From Candidatus Yanofskybacteria bacterium RIFCSPLOWO2_01_FULL_42_49 (lineage in GTDB: Bacteria; Patescibacteriota; Minisyncoccia; 2-02-FULL-40-12; GWA2-44-9), in assembly GCA_001795615.1 (NCBI GenBank), contig MGKI01000014.1:5380-69379 (forward strand): a stretch of DNA of 64,000 nucleotides, written 5' to 3'. Under the pieces are notes generated by a model. That model was not told the DNA's origin and searched no databases. It saw nothing but the letters and a program-made list of their open reading frames with translations. A program made the translations under genes and the position numbers. Of this stretch, positions 17,176 to 26,957 are shown in pieces. The stretch's first letter is position 1. Each line of letters begins with the position of its first letter.

Positions 17176-18078
17176 CTATTTTTGAATTGAAAATGTGTCC
17201 GTTTTTCTTTCGATAGTTGGCCCAAATTGCATTTTGAACCACAACCCCCCGCTCTCAGATCCTTGCATATCCAATTCTTTATAACCTGCCCGTTTTATCC
17301 ACGCTAAATCTTCAAGCCACAAAATCAGTCCCAAGTCTTTTATAGAATAATCATGAATACCTATAATACCAGCAAACCTTCGAGAGTCATTCACAACTTC
17401 ATAACCAGCATTAAAACCTACTGGTCTCCCGTCTACAATTAAAATTCTTGCCGTTTTAAAACCCCTGAAACAATTATCTACTGCGTTGTGATACCAGAAA
17501 TCATAGACATAATTTGCTTCTTCCTTAAACAATGCGGCTTTTTTCCAATCGTTTATTATGGTGTGGAGAAAATCGCTATGGGTTTTTTCAAAATTAACAA
17601 CTTCCATTTTGTGCTCACGATTAAACTTGTTTCGGGCGTTTCTGATGTCTTTAAAGTGACCGCCAAGCAAGGTGGGATCAAATCGTTCCATGTCCAAAAC
17701 CGGCCAATCTAAAGAATAGTCTATTTTGCCCAAAACTATTTCATTCTTCTCCTTCAACAACGAGTAAATACTGTCGGATATATAATTGCACCAAATTTTA
17801 TTTATTCCTTCCCTAAATCCGAACTTAGCAAATTCAGTTATTTTATCGGTACTTGAATTTTTATCACACAGGGGGTCAGACCATATTTGCCACTCGCCAG
17901 GATAACTATGAAACAATACTCCGGTACCATCTTCAAATTCAGCAAAGGCCGGTTTTCCATCTGGCCCATTAAGGGCAACGGCAAACCAATTTAAATTATG
18001 GTCTGATGTCCAGCCATACTTATCAATACACGCTTGAATCCTGTCTCTTTCACTATTTATATCCTCTACTATCTTCAT
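17176..18078 (-). CDS. DUF2156-like protein (MprF C-terminal lysyl-transferase-like, GNAT fold)
   Basis: 300 aa. The GGHFKDIRNARNKFNREH motif and overall pattern resemble the phosphatidylglycerol lysyltransferase C-terminal domain. Tentative. Confidence 0.4.
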   Translation of the reverse strand: MKIVEDINSERDRIQACIDKYGWTSDHNLNWFAVALNGPDGKPAFAEFEDGTGVLFHSYPGEWQIWSDPLCDKNSSTDKITEFAKFGFREGINKIWCNYISDSIYSLLKEKNEIVLGKIDYSLDWPVLDMERFDPTLLGGHFKDIRNARNKFNREHKMEVVNFEKTHSDFLHTIINDWKKAALFKEEANYVYDFWYHNAVDNCFRGFKTARILIVDGRPVGFNAGYEVVNDSRRFAGIIGIHDYSIKDLGLILWLEDLAWIKRAGYKELDMQGSESGGLWFKMQFGPTIERKTDTFSIQK

Positions 18079-18212
18079 AGCCCGCGAGAATTTAAAATTT
18101 AAAAATCAAAATGAAAAATTACAATGTAAAATCTAAAATTTTCTGATTTCTGACTATTTTTACATTTTGAACTGTCATTTTACACTTTGATATTTACATT
18201 TTACATTACAAC

Positions 18213-19883
18213 TCACCTTATAATATCTACTCCAGTTTTATAATTATTGAGCTCTAAATCATTTATTATAAATATCGCTCCCCAGTCACGGCCGGAGGCA
18301 TCCCATTGCTGGGGAGTGATGTTGAGCCAATGTTTTGTGCCATCGGGCCAAACGGCATAGACCTGTTCTTCGTTCACATATCTGACATAGTTTGCGGTTG
18401 TATATGAGTGAAATGTTGCCTCGTCAACTTCTATCGCTTTTACCGCGTCAAGATGGCCGTATAAGGCAATTATTTCCGGCCTTAAGTATCTCTTGTATTT
18501 GCCCTCAATGACATAAGTTTCATTCTCTGTCGCTTTTTTGATAAGGACTCCGTCTTTTAATACTGAACCGAAGTCAACCCCGAGCATCTTTTCTTCGAAT
18601 TTCACGGTTAAAGTTAAAAATGATGAAATTTCTTCTTTTCCAAAATCAGATATCTTTCTGTCGTTGATAGGAAAAATAAAGAAGTATTGGAGGCCTCCCG
18701 GATCGGTCACATAGAAATCTTTATCTAAAATACTGAATCGTCCTAAATTATCAGCATAAGCAAATTTGGAGTTAAAAGCCGGAGAAAGCTTGATTGCTTT
18801 GTTGTTAGAAAGAGAGCCACCTACTAAAAATTTGTGGCCATATACCTGCCAGGGCTTAAGTGAATAATCAAAAACGGACGATTCTGAACCAGAAAGTATC
18901 GTCAAACGCTGAGGAGTTGCCTTGAAATTTTTGAGGCCAGGTTTTGAATAACTAAATTCGGAATTAATCGAACTGTCATTAATGTAACTTGCCGCCAGCC
19001 AACCGCTGAAAGTATCGATAAATCTGTTGCTGTCACCCCTACTAGCAAGTATGCTGTTCATCGACGGGATACCCGCTAAGTTAGTCTGAAGAGTTTCCCT
19101 CAAAAAATCGGGGCCATATTGATCTGACACATATTCAGCAAATAAAGCCACCAGAGAATAATCTAAAGATACATTGGGCCACTCGGTCAAACTGTCAGAG
19201 GAATTATCGAAAAAAGTTTGAGCCCTTCTTTCAATGTTTGAATTGTAAAAAATATTGTTATAACCGACTAACGAAATAGAATATTCCGACCGCAATTCAT
19301 TCAGCCACACATCTTCGGTCGTATCTCTCAATATTTCTTTTTGGTTAAAAGAAATAAGGTGCTGAAACTCATGGGCAAGAAAAATTTTCTCATACGAACC
19401 GCCGATGGAATCAGCGCTGACTACAATCATTTCTCTTTCATTGGAATCGGGGGCCAATGTCTTTGAGTAACCGTTTGATGTGCTGAAATATCCGCCATTG
19501 CCCGACTTTAATTGTTCCAACAATATGGTTATGCGATTGTCGTCGTCCACTCCCGGTTTGGGCTCTTGTCCCCAGAAAGTAGTCTGGCTCGGGTATATGT
19601 CGGTATCAAAGTCACTGGCAAGCTGTTGCATTCCCGCCAATAAATCACTGCGCCCGATATGCCCGATATCATTCCAATAATCGTCGTCGACATAAAAATA
19701 CGCATGCTCGCTTATGAGTCTCAATGTTGCGGGCATTGACTTGCGGGCAAATTTATCGAAGGTTTCGTTGGTCTTAAAAACTTGGCCCTGCCCGATAACA
19801 TCGGCAGAAACAACAGAAAATACAAAAAACGGCACAGTTAGTACCGCAAATAAAATTATCGATAATTTTTTATTACTGAACAT
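18213..19883 (-). CDS. secreted protein with HExxH zinc-metalloprotease motif
   Basis: N-terminal signal peptide MFSNKKLSIILFAVLTVPFFVFSVVSA; AHEFQHLI motif. Confidence 0.5.
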   Translation of the reverse strand: MFSNKKLSIILFAVLTVPFFVFSVVSADVIGQGQVFKTNETFDKFARKSMPATLRLISEHAYFYVDDDYWNDIGHIGRSDLLAGMQQLASDFDTDIYPSQTTFWGQEPKPGVDDDNRITILLEQLKSGNGGYFSTSNGYSKTLAPDSNEREMIVVSADSIGGSYEKIFLAHEFQHLISFNQKEILRDTTEDVWLNELRSEYSISLVGYNNIFYNSNIERRAQTFFDNSSDSLTEWPNVSLDYSLVALFAEYVSDQYGPDFLRETLQTNLAGIPSMNSILASRGDSNRFIDTFSGWLAASYINDSSINSEFSYSKPGLKNFKATPQRLTILSGSESSVFDYSLKPWQVYGHKFLVGGSLSNNKAIKLSPAFNSKFAYADNLGRFSILDKDFYVTDPGGLQYFFIFPINDRKISDFGKEEISSFLTLTVKFEEKMLGVDFGSVLKDGVLIKKATENETYVIEGKYKRYLRPEIIALYGHLDAVKAIEVDEATFHSYTTANYVRYVNEEQVYAVWPDGTKHWLNITPQQWDASGRDWGAIFIINDLELNNYKTGVDIIR

Positions 19884-19937
19884 TGTTACTATTGTAACAT
19901 AGAAGTCGGATTATAAAATCCCGTCGAGGCGGGATTA

Positions 19938-20903
19938 TTAGATTTCTTTTTTCTTGGCTAAAATTATTTCCTTGTCATGTCGTGAAACGTCCTCAACGGT
20001 AAGATTTTGAATTGATAGAAGGTCGGTATTGTAATTCCACAATGCGTTAAAAAACTGGCCAGTCTTCAGCAAAAGGTATTTGCGCATTCCAAAAACAGAT
20101 TTGGATAACCCCTCGACTGACATCATAAAGGCTCTCAAATCCTTAGGAAAACAGTATCCGCCAAATCCTCTATAAGAACCATGCCTCACATCAAGCCAGG
20201 CTGGTCCTATTCTCGGATCAGCGCCAAGAGCCTCTCTTACATTTTCGTAATTGACATTTAGCTTATATCCCGGAGCAGACTCTAACCCCTCACAAATATC
20301 ACAAATCATATTGCCAAAAGATACCTTCATCGCACCAAATACATTTGAAGCATATTTAATTACTTCCGCTTCGGTTGCAGTATGCCCTCTAACTTTATAT
20401 GTGGAAGCCAGCCACGGACTTTGATAGTACGAAACCGGCAACAAATTTAATACTGCCAAAGCAACATCTCTGCTTTTTTCGGTATAACCGACAATCTGTC
20501 GAACCGGCTTTAAAAAATCCTCCCATGCTTGTGATTCTGTAAGAAATTCCGGATTAAACAAAAACTTATGCTGGGAATGTTTTTTCTGAAGACCTTCGGT
20601 CGTGCCCGGCGGTACGGTTGATTTGATAACAATGATTTTCCCTCCCTTCACTCCGGCAACCACACTTTCAACGATAGATATATTGCAACTGCCATCCGGA
20701 TTGGGCGGAGTGGGAACAGACACAAAAATAATGTCTGCCAAATTATAATCGTCAAAATATCCCTTTGTAGGATCGGCATCATAACAGAACAGACCAGTTC
20801 CACGCTGAAATCCTCTTTTTTCTACAAACCATCTTCGTATGGGTTCGCCCACCATTCCCAAACCGATTATCCCAATTTTCAAGTTTCTAGTCGTTTCAAC
20901 CAT
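19938..20903 (-). CDS. nucleotide-sugar dehydrogenase (UDP-glucose/GDP-mannose dehydrogenase family)
   Basis: Rossmann motif KIGIIGLGMVG and catalytic GGYCFPKD motif; start at the internal ATG (MVETT). Confidence 0.8.
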   Translation of the reverse strand: MVETTRNLKIGIIGLGMVGEPIRRWFVEKRGFQRGTGLFCYDADPTKGYFDDYNLADIIFVSVPTPPNPDGSCNISIVESVVAGVKGGKIIVIKSTVPPGTTEGLQKKHSQHKFLFNPEFLTESQAWEDFLKPVRQIVGYTEKSRDVALAVLNLLPVSYYQSPWLASTYKVRGHTATEAEVIKYASNVFGAMKVSFGNMICDICEGLESAPGYKLNVNYENVREALGADPRIGPAWLDVRHGSYRGFGGYCFPKDLRAFMMSVEGLSKSVFGMRKYLLLKTGQFFNALWNYNTDLLSIQNLTVEDVSRHDKEIILAKKKEI

Positions 20904-21002
20904 TGAAATTCCCTTCAGTTTTAGAGAGAATAATACCATGTGTTAATAATTTATCTACTTTGACATAATTGTATTTTTAATGTATTGTTTGGCAACTAGC
21001 AT

Positions 21003-22379
21003 ATGAAGAAATTCTTACTATTTATATCCGACCTCGCCGTACTTTTCGGCTCTCTTTTATTAACCCTTTATTTGAGATACGGACAGACGTTTTCCGAAAA
21101 ACTGGAATTCCACCTTGCGCCTTTTTCATTAATTTTTGCCGTTTGGCTAATTGTTTTTTATATTGCCAACTTATACGAGCCGGCAACCCTGAGAAACAAC
21201 ATCCATTTTTATTCTGCCCTTCTTCAAGCAATCATTATCTCATCAGTAGTTTCCCTCACGCTCTTTTATCTGGTCCCTCTTTTTAAAATCGCCCCCAAAA
21301 CAAACTTTGCCATTTTTGCGGCAATTTTTACCGGATTAGAATTTAGCGCAAGATTCGGCTTTAACAGAATATTCGAGAAAAAATTCAAAAAAACCGTCCT
21401 CATTGTGGGACTAAACAGACAAGCATTCGAATTGGCTCAATTTATTAAAAACAATCCCCAACTTGGTTATGAACTTAAATGCGTTGTTGACCTCACACCC
21501 AACCAGCCGGATGATCCGCCAACTGGCGGAGAAGAGGAATTTAAAAAATTCGGTATAATTCAGGGCTTGGATAACCTAGAAAAACAAATCAAAGAAGAAA
21601 AAATAGACGCAATAGTGATAAGCCCGGAAGCATATCAAAATCCCGAAACAATAAACATTTTCTACAAGTCCCTCGAACAGAAAATTTCTTTCTTCAACTT
21701 GGCATCATTCTACGAACGGCTCACCGGCAAAGTGCCTCTGGGCGCCATAAACCAAATCTGGTTTTTGGAAAATCTAAGCGAGGGCAAAAAAAGAGGCTAC
21801 GAAATCGCCAAAAGGTTTTTTGATACGGTGTTCGCGGTTATAATCGGAATAGTTTCTTTAATTTTTTATCCCTTGATAGCGCTTGTAATTAAAATAAGCT
21901 CCCCGGGGCCAATATTTTATAGACAACGAAGGTTCGGACAAGCAGGCAAAACTTTTGAGATAGTAAAATTCAGAACAATGCGCCGGGATGCGGAAAAGGA
22001 AACGGGCGCCGTCTGGGCCGCAGAGAACGATCCCAGGATAACAAAAGTAGGCAACATTTTAAGAAAAACCCGCCTGGACGAGATCCCCCAGGTTTGGAAT
22101 ATATTGAAAGGCGAAATGTCTTTCGTGGGGCCTCGCGCCGAACGACCTGAATTTCACAATAAATTACAAAAAGATGTGCCGTTTTATGAAGAGAGGTATT
22201 TGATAAAACCAGGCCTTACCGGCTGGGCACAGATAAATTTCCACTACGGTTCGTCTGTAAGCGACGCCGCAGAAAAATTAAAATACGACCTATATTACAT
22301 AAAAAACAGGTCTCTTCTCTTAGATCTGGGCATCATCCTCAAAACTATTCGCATTGCCGCAGGACAAGCCGGGAGGTGA
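21003..22379 (+). CDS. polyprenyl-phosphate sugar phosphotransferase (WbaP/PssY-type initiating transferase)
   Basis: N-terminal TM block plus C-terminal bacterial sugar transferase domain (PGPIFYRQRRFG...KFRTM...DEIPQ...GEMSFVGPR). Confidence 0.85.
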   Translation: MKKFLLFISDLAVLFGSLLLTLYLRYGQTFSEKLEFHLAPFSLIFAVWLIVFYIANLYEPATLRNNIHFYSALLQAIIISSVVSLTLFYLVPLFKIAPKTNFAIFAAIFTGLEFSARFGFNRIFEKKFKKTVLIVGLNRQAFELAQFIKNNPQLGYELKCVVDLTPNQPDDPPTGGEEEFKKFGIIQGLDNLEKQIKEEKIDAIVISPEAYQNPETINIFYKSLEQKISFFNLASFYERLTGKVPLGAINQIWFLENLSEGKKRGYEIAKRFFDTVFAVIIGIVSLIFYPLIALVIKISSPGPIFYRQRRFGQAGKTFEIVKFRTMRRDAEKETGAVWAAENDPRITKVGNILRKTRLDEIPQVWNILKGEMSFVGPRAERPEFHNKLQKDVPFYEERYLIKPGLTGWAQINFHYGSSVSDAAEKLKYDLYYIKNRSLLLDLGIILKTIRIAAGQAGR

Positions 22380-22380
22380 A

Positions 22381-22560
22381 AATCGCGCCCTTAGCGTTCT
22401 AATCTCTAAATCCTAATTTCTAATCTCTAATAATCTCAAAATCCTAATTTTCAAAATTTCCGCCAGAGGCGGATCTGCCTCCGGCATGACAAAATGTTTT
22501 GGATTTTGATATTTGATATTGTTTAGAGTTTAGGGTTTAGAATTTAGGATTTTATCTTTA
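22381..22560. repeat. MITE-like intergenic element: AT-rich heptamer-repeat arms in inverted orientation flanking a GC-rich near-palindrome
   Basis: The arms are taatctctaaatcctaatttctaatctcta... and ...gtttagagtttagggtttagaatttaggatttt. They flank tccgccagaggcggatctgcctccggca (22459-22486), a 2-mismatch copy of the perfect palindrome inside secA. Confidence 0.5.
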
Positions 22561-23248
22561 ATCTCCACGGTAACCAAACCGCTTCCCAAATTATCTTGGA
22601 CGACATTTTTGACTGGCCTTCTCTACGCTCGCTAAATAATATGGGGTACTCGACGGCGCTACAACCAGCCTTGATAAGACGATATTTAAGTTCCACCAAA
22701 AAAGCATAGCCATCCGAACTTATTTCGTCCAAATTTATTTTCCTCAAAACATCCGCCCGATAAGCATTGAAGCCAGTCGTAGCATCCATAACAGGAAAAC
22801 CTAGAATTATTTTGACATAAAAATTGGCAAACCTACTTAATATTTGTCTAAAAAAACTCCAATTCTTAACTCCCCCGCCTTGAACATAACGGGAACCGAT
22901 AGAAATATCGTAATTATCCAGATCTTTGAGCAGGGCAGGTACAATGTTAAAATCATGCGAAAAATCGGCATCCATGGTCACAAGGAATTCGTAATTCTTA
23001 TCAAGAACCCATTTGAGTCCGTCTATACTTGAACGCCCGTAGCCAAAATCTTCCAACCGCTTTAGAATAAAGAGGTTATTATAATTCTGTCTTAATCCTT
23101 CAACCAATTCCTGCGTACCGTCATTTGAATTATCGTCAACAACCAAAACTGAAATATCCGGCATCAAGCCAAAAATCGCCGGAATTAGTTTCTCAAGATT
23201 TTCCTTTTCGTTAAGAGTTGGTATTAGAATGATTGATCGGTCATGCAT
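22544..23248 (-). CDS. family 2 glycosyltransferase (polyprenyl-phosphate sugar synthase, DPM1-like)
   Basis: IILIPTLNEKENL...VVDDNSNDGT...DADFSHD motifs (GT2, DxD); start at the internal ATG (MHDRS) to avoid overlapping the flippase gene. Confidence 0.75.
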   Translation of the reverse strand: MHDRSIILIPTLNEKENLEKLIPAIFGLMPDISVLVVDDNSNDGTQELVEGLRQNYNNLFILKRLEDFGYGRSSIDGLKWVLDKNYEFLVTMDADFSHDFNIVPALLKDLDNYDISIGSRYVQGGGVKNWSFFRQILSRFANFYVKIILGFPVMDATTGFNAYRADVLRKINLDEISSDGYAFLVELKYRLIKAGCSAVEYPILFSERREGQSKMSSKIIWEAVWLPWRLKIKS

Positions 23249-23277
23249 TGTTCTTGTGCCTGAAATTGGTTCAGCGG

Positions 23278-24588
23278 TTATTTTAATTTTTTTATTAAGT
23301 AAGTGAATGAGATAATATGACTTACCGAAAACCATATCGTAACCATTACGACGCTTCCCCACAAGCCATAATTTTTAATAAGCCACAACCCGAGAGGAAC
23401 ACCACCGGCCAGAATTAATGAATTGATTATAATAGAAACCTTGACCTTATTGATCGCACGCCACATCGGACCCAAACCAACTCCTATGCCGAACAAGGAA
23501 CCGTAGGCGATAAGTCCGAAAATATATTTAATGCTGGGGAGATAGCTTTCACCGTAAAGAATTCTAAACACAACAGGCGAGACAATCGCCACCCCAAAAG
23601 ACAATACGGCTGAAAGAGCCAAAGAATACAGGGATATTTTTTTAAAATTTCTGTACAGTAATTCCCTATCCTGTATCTGAATTTTTGGAAACTCAACATT
23701 TAAAAGTATTGAAATCGGGCCAAGCAAACTTAGAGCAAGATTAGTATAGCCGAAAGCCAGTTTAAAAAACGACACCTCGGAAGAAGTAACATAGATGCCC
23801 GTGAGAATAACCGGCAGAGCCATGTATACATTACCCATATTCCTGTCCAAAGCCACCCAGAAAGTAAACCCAAAATATTTCTTGATATCTACTGTTTTGG
23901 CAATGTGAACAAGACGGCCCAAGCCGGGAAACAACGGTTCACTTTGAGCAAACTTAATGAAAAAGACGGAGCAGGCGATAAAAATAATGACGGCCCCCGC
24001 CAGTTGGCCGCCGATTGCGCCTAAAACGCCGAAACCCAAAAGAACAAAACTTAAAGATAACGCATATCTTAACGACTGATCAGACAAAAGCAAAGCGGCA
24101 AGAGACTTAACCCTTCCGGTAACCTGAAAAGATGAATACGTGAGAGTGAATAAAAACGAGGATAAAATAGCGGCAACCACCACAATGGCGGCATAAATTC
24201 CAATTAAAGAATCACCGTACAGCCTGTCGGCTATAGTCGGTAAAAAGGCAGAAACGGCAACAACCACCAAGGCAGCAAAGAAAGTTATTTTTAGCATGAA
24301 TCCCAGGATATTTTCCACCTCCGTCCCATCCCCCTTAGCGTAAGCCCTGCCAAGCAAACTGGACACCGCCTCTTGTATACCCATGCCCAATATCAGACTG
24401 GTCATACTGGCCATGCCTATTGCAAGCGAATAAACGCCGAAAAGTTCCGGCTGAAGCAACCGGGCAATAATAATCCCAATACCAGCTTGAATTATATTTC
24501 CGGCAAAACTCCCCGCCTGAAGAGTGGCAACATTGCGTATGAACAGGTGCTGTTTTAAACTCCAAATTTTGTTTTTAATTTTGTTCAA
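23278..24588 (-). CDS. oligosaccharide flippase (Wzx/RfbX polysaccharide biosynthesis family)
   Basis: 436 aa, ~12 predicted TM helices; typical N-terminal pattern for the polysaccharide biosynthesis protein family. Confidence 0.7.
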   Translation of the reverse strand: MNKIKNKIWSLKQHLFIRNVATLQAGSFAGNIIQAGIGIIIARLLQPELFGVYSLAIGMASMTSLILGMGIQEAVSSLLGRAYAKGDGTEVENILGFMLKITFFAALVVVAVSAFLPTIADRLYGDSLIGIYAAIVVVAAILSSFLFTLTYSSFQVTGRVKSLAALLLSDQSLRYALSLSFVLLGFGVLGAIGGQLAGAVIIFIACSVFFIKFAQSEPLFPGLGRLVHIAKTVDIKKYFGFTFWVALDRNMGNVYMALPVILTGIYVTSSEVSFFKLAFGYTNLALSLLGPISILLNVEFPKIQIQDRELLYRNFKKISLYSLALSAVLSFGVAIVSPVVFRILYGESYLPSIKYIFGLIAYGSLFGIGVGLGPMWRAINKVKVSIIINSLILAGGVPLGLWLIKNYGLWGSVVMVTIWFSVSHIISFTYLIKKLK

Positions 24589-25742
24589 TTTAATCTTTTC
24601 TTATTGGAAAATAAGGACAAGACAATTGTTGCCCAGAACGGTAAAAGGTAAATAAAGATATTAGACCAAAATTCTTGGCCGAAATAATTCCAAATAGGAA
24701 GAAAAACAAAGAAAGAGTCGACAAGAACCAGCCACATAAGCCAGCGGTATTTCAGCAAATAACTGACCGAAGCCAAAGCAAACAAAGTCGTCATCGGCAG
24801 AAGGTATTTTGAGAAAGAAAAGGTTAAACTGCCGACGAGCAGAAAATTTAAAATTATCGCCGCAATGCTTTCTTTTCTCAACCGCAGGCTCTTGTTAAAC
24901 CATAACGCACAAGCACCCAACATGATAACAATCGGCGAAATCATTATCTTGCGGAAGTGCAAAAGTAAATTAGCACCGACTCTTAAAAACCCTTTGATGC
25001 CGGGTACAAAACTTTCAATTAAAGGGGGTGGATTACCGGCATCAAAATTACCTTCATAAGAATTAATAGCGGCATTGTTTACTAAATGGCCGGTTTGATA
25101 AAAACTTGCTCCCAGATAAGCCCCGCCAATAGCCAAAGCAATAACAACCCACATCAATTTAAGGGCGCCGAATCTCGTTACATTAATACTTAATAATCTT
25201 AATTTAGTTAGTTTAAACTGCGGCCAAAAATCTTTTACGAACAACGGGAGCAAAGTTAAGGCAAACGGCTTTACTATTCCCCCTACCCCCCAAACTATCG
25301 GCGTCCAGGCTTTTTTATTAATAGCGGTATAAATTATTAGGAGAATAAAAAACAAAAGAGCCGCTTCCTGAAATCCTCGCATCATTGTTGTATACGGGTA
25401 AGGGGTAAGCAAAAATAAAATTAAAAAATAATATCCCGCCCTTCTACTATCATAAAAATCCCTGCCGACCAAATACGCCAGCGGAACGGAAAGCAGAGAA
25501 AATATCATTGAAGCAATAATTATAGAGTTATGCGAACCGGTCAACCAAAATACCGGCACCGCAAAAAAAGATAATCCCTGGAAGCCGTAAAATGACTTGA
25601 AATCGAGCTTCCCTCGTGATAGCGACTCGGCAAAACCCTCATAATGGAAACCGTCATCCATCATAACCGGAGTTGCTGCGATAAAATAAGCTGCCGTTAA
25701 AACAACGACAAAAATTATAACTTTGCTTTCAACGCTAAACAT
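24585..25742 (-). CDS. integral membrane glycosyltransferase-like protein (GT-C fold, ArnT/PMT-like)
   Basis: Polytopic membrane protein with an early DD-containing loop (MMDDGFHYEGF), similar in layout to the 28683 GT-C protein. Confidence 0.45.
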   Translation of the reverse strand: MFSVESKVIIFVVVLTAAYFIAATPVMMDDGFHYEGFAESLSRGKLDFKSFYGFQGLSFFAVPVFWLTGSHNSIIIASMIFSLLSVPLAYLVGRDFYDSRRAGYYFLILFLLTPYPYTTMMRGFQEAALLFFILLIIYTAINKKAWTPIVWGVGGIVKPFALTLLPLFVKDFWPQFKLTKLRLLSINVTRFGALKLMWVVIALAIGGAYLGASFYQTGHLVNNAAINSYEGNFDAGNPPPLIESFVPGIKGFLRVGANLLLHFRKIMISPIVIMLGACALWFNKSLRLRKESIAAIILNFLLVGSLTFSFSKYLLPMTTLFALASVSYLLKYRWLMWLVLVDSFFVFLPIWNYFGQEFWSNIFIYLLPFWATIVLSLFSNKKRLN

Positions 25743-25877
25743 TAAAATAGGGTATAAATAAGCGGCCCAAAAACAGATGTCTCAGCAAAAACAATTAAAA
25801 AACCAAGGAGGATAAGAAAAACTATTATCGGTGTTATCCACCATTTTTTTCTTATCTTCATATATAACCAGAGCTCT

Positions 25878-26957
25878 TTAAAAATTCCCATTTTGATTTC
25901 TTAAAAATTCAGACAAATAATCGCTGATACCCTCGGCTATAATTGACTGGCCGTGATTGTTGGGGTGACCATCTAAGGGATAGTATCCAACTTTATCCGG
26001 ATTAATTCTAGCCCAATCTACAAAATACGGCAACAAATCAACGAAATTTATATTTTCTTTCTCTAAAAACGACATCAGCCCCCGCTGCAGTTTTAACTCA
26101 TCAGAGTTTCCGTCTTTATTATAAACTTGCCCGGCTGACGGCAAAATCGCGACGACAAAAGACACGCCATTGCCATCAGCCAATTCTTCAATATTTTTTA
26201 CCAATGCAGTCGTACGGTCAAGTTGTTTTTTGATATCAACCCGGCTGTCTTTCTCGCTATCTATCCCACTGATTATATCCGTATCATTCTTATTTTTTAG
26301 CAGATAAGCCAGCACCTTATTTTTTGATTTTTTCCTTAAAATAAATCTCCAGACAGAGAAGTGGTTTCTGGCAAAGAGCTTGATTTGATTTTTTAATTCC
26401 CGATATTTCGAAAAGGAAGCATCAGGATCGATATTTCCACTCATATTATCCGAGAAATCGTTGCCGGTAAAAAACCCCAGAACCACAATATCCGGATTAA
26501 ATTTCAGCCCCTTATCCTTCAAAACATAGTACTCTCTTTGCGTACCATAACCAGCTATGCCCATATTTAAGACTTCAAAATTGGTGTTTCTAAAGTTACT
26601 CTTCAGGCCATCTTCCAGCAACCGAGAATAAGATTCTTCTTCGGACACCTGAAATGCCTCAGTAAGAGAGTCGCCTATGGTTAAAATACGAACAATATTT
26701 TCTGGTTTTACATAACTATAGTCCCGACCGATAAAACCGTCTTTATTTATCCTAACTTTAACCGAAAATTCTTCACCTCTGGAATAGCCGTTCTTGTTCG
26801 GAACATGGACCCAGCCGAGAACCGAATCCTGCATAATAAGATTATCGCTTTCTGTCCCAAGGGTTCTGACCACAATCTCCGATAAAATAAAAAGGGATAT
26901 AAAAGTACAGCAAGCTATGGTCGGTCCCATTAAAATTTTCTTGATATTAGTCAACAT
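25878..26957 (-). CDS. SGNH/GDSL hydrolase family protein with N-terminal membrane anchor
   Basis: Block I TIGDSLT, block III FFTGNDF, block V DGHPNNHG. Confidence 0.6.
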   Translation of the reverse strand: MLTNIKKILMGPTIACCTFISLFILSEIVVRTLGTESDNLIMQDSVLGWVHVPNKNGYSRGEEFSVKVRINKDGFIGRDYSYVKPENIVRILTIGDSLTEAFQVSEEESYSRLLEDGLKSNFRNTNFEVLNMGIAGYGTQREYYVLKDKGLKFNPDIVVLGFFTGNDFSDNMSGNIDPDASFSKYRELKNQIKLFARNHFSVWRFILRKKSKNKVLAYLLKNKNDTDIISGIDSEKDSRVDIKKQLDRTTALVKNIEELADGNGVSFVVAILPSAGQVYNKDGNSDELKLQRGLMSFLEKENINFVDLLPYFVDWARINPDKVGYYPLDGHPNNHGQSIIAEGISDYLSEFLRNQNGNF

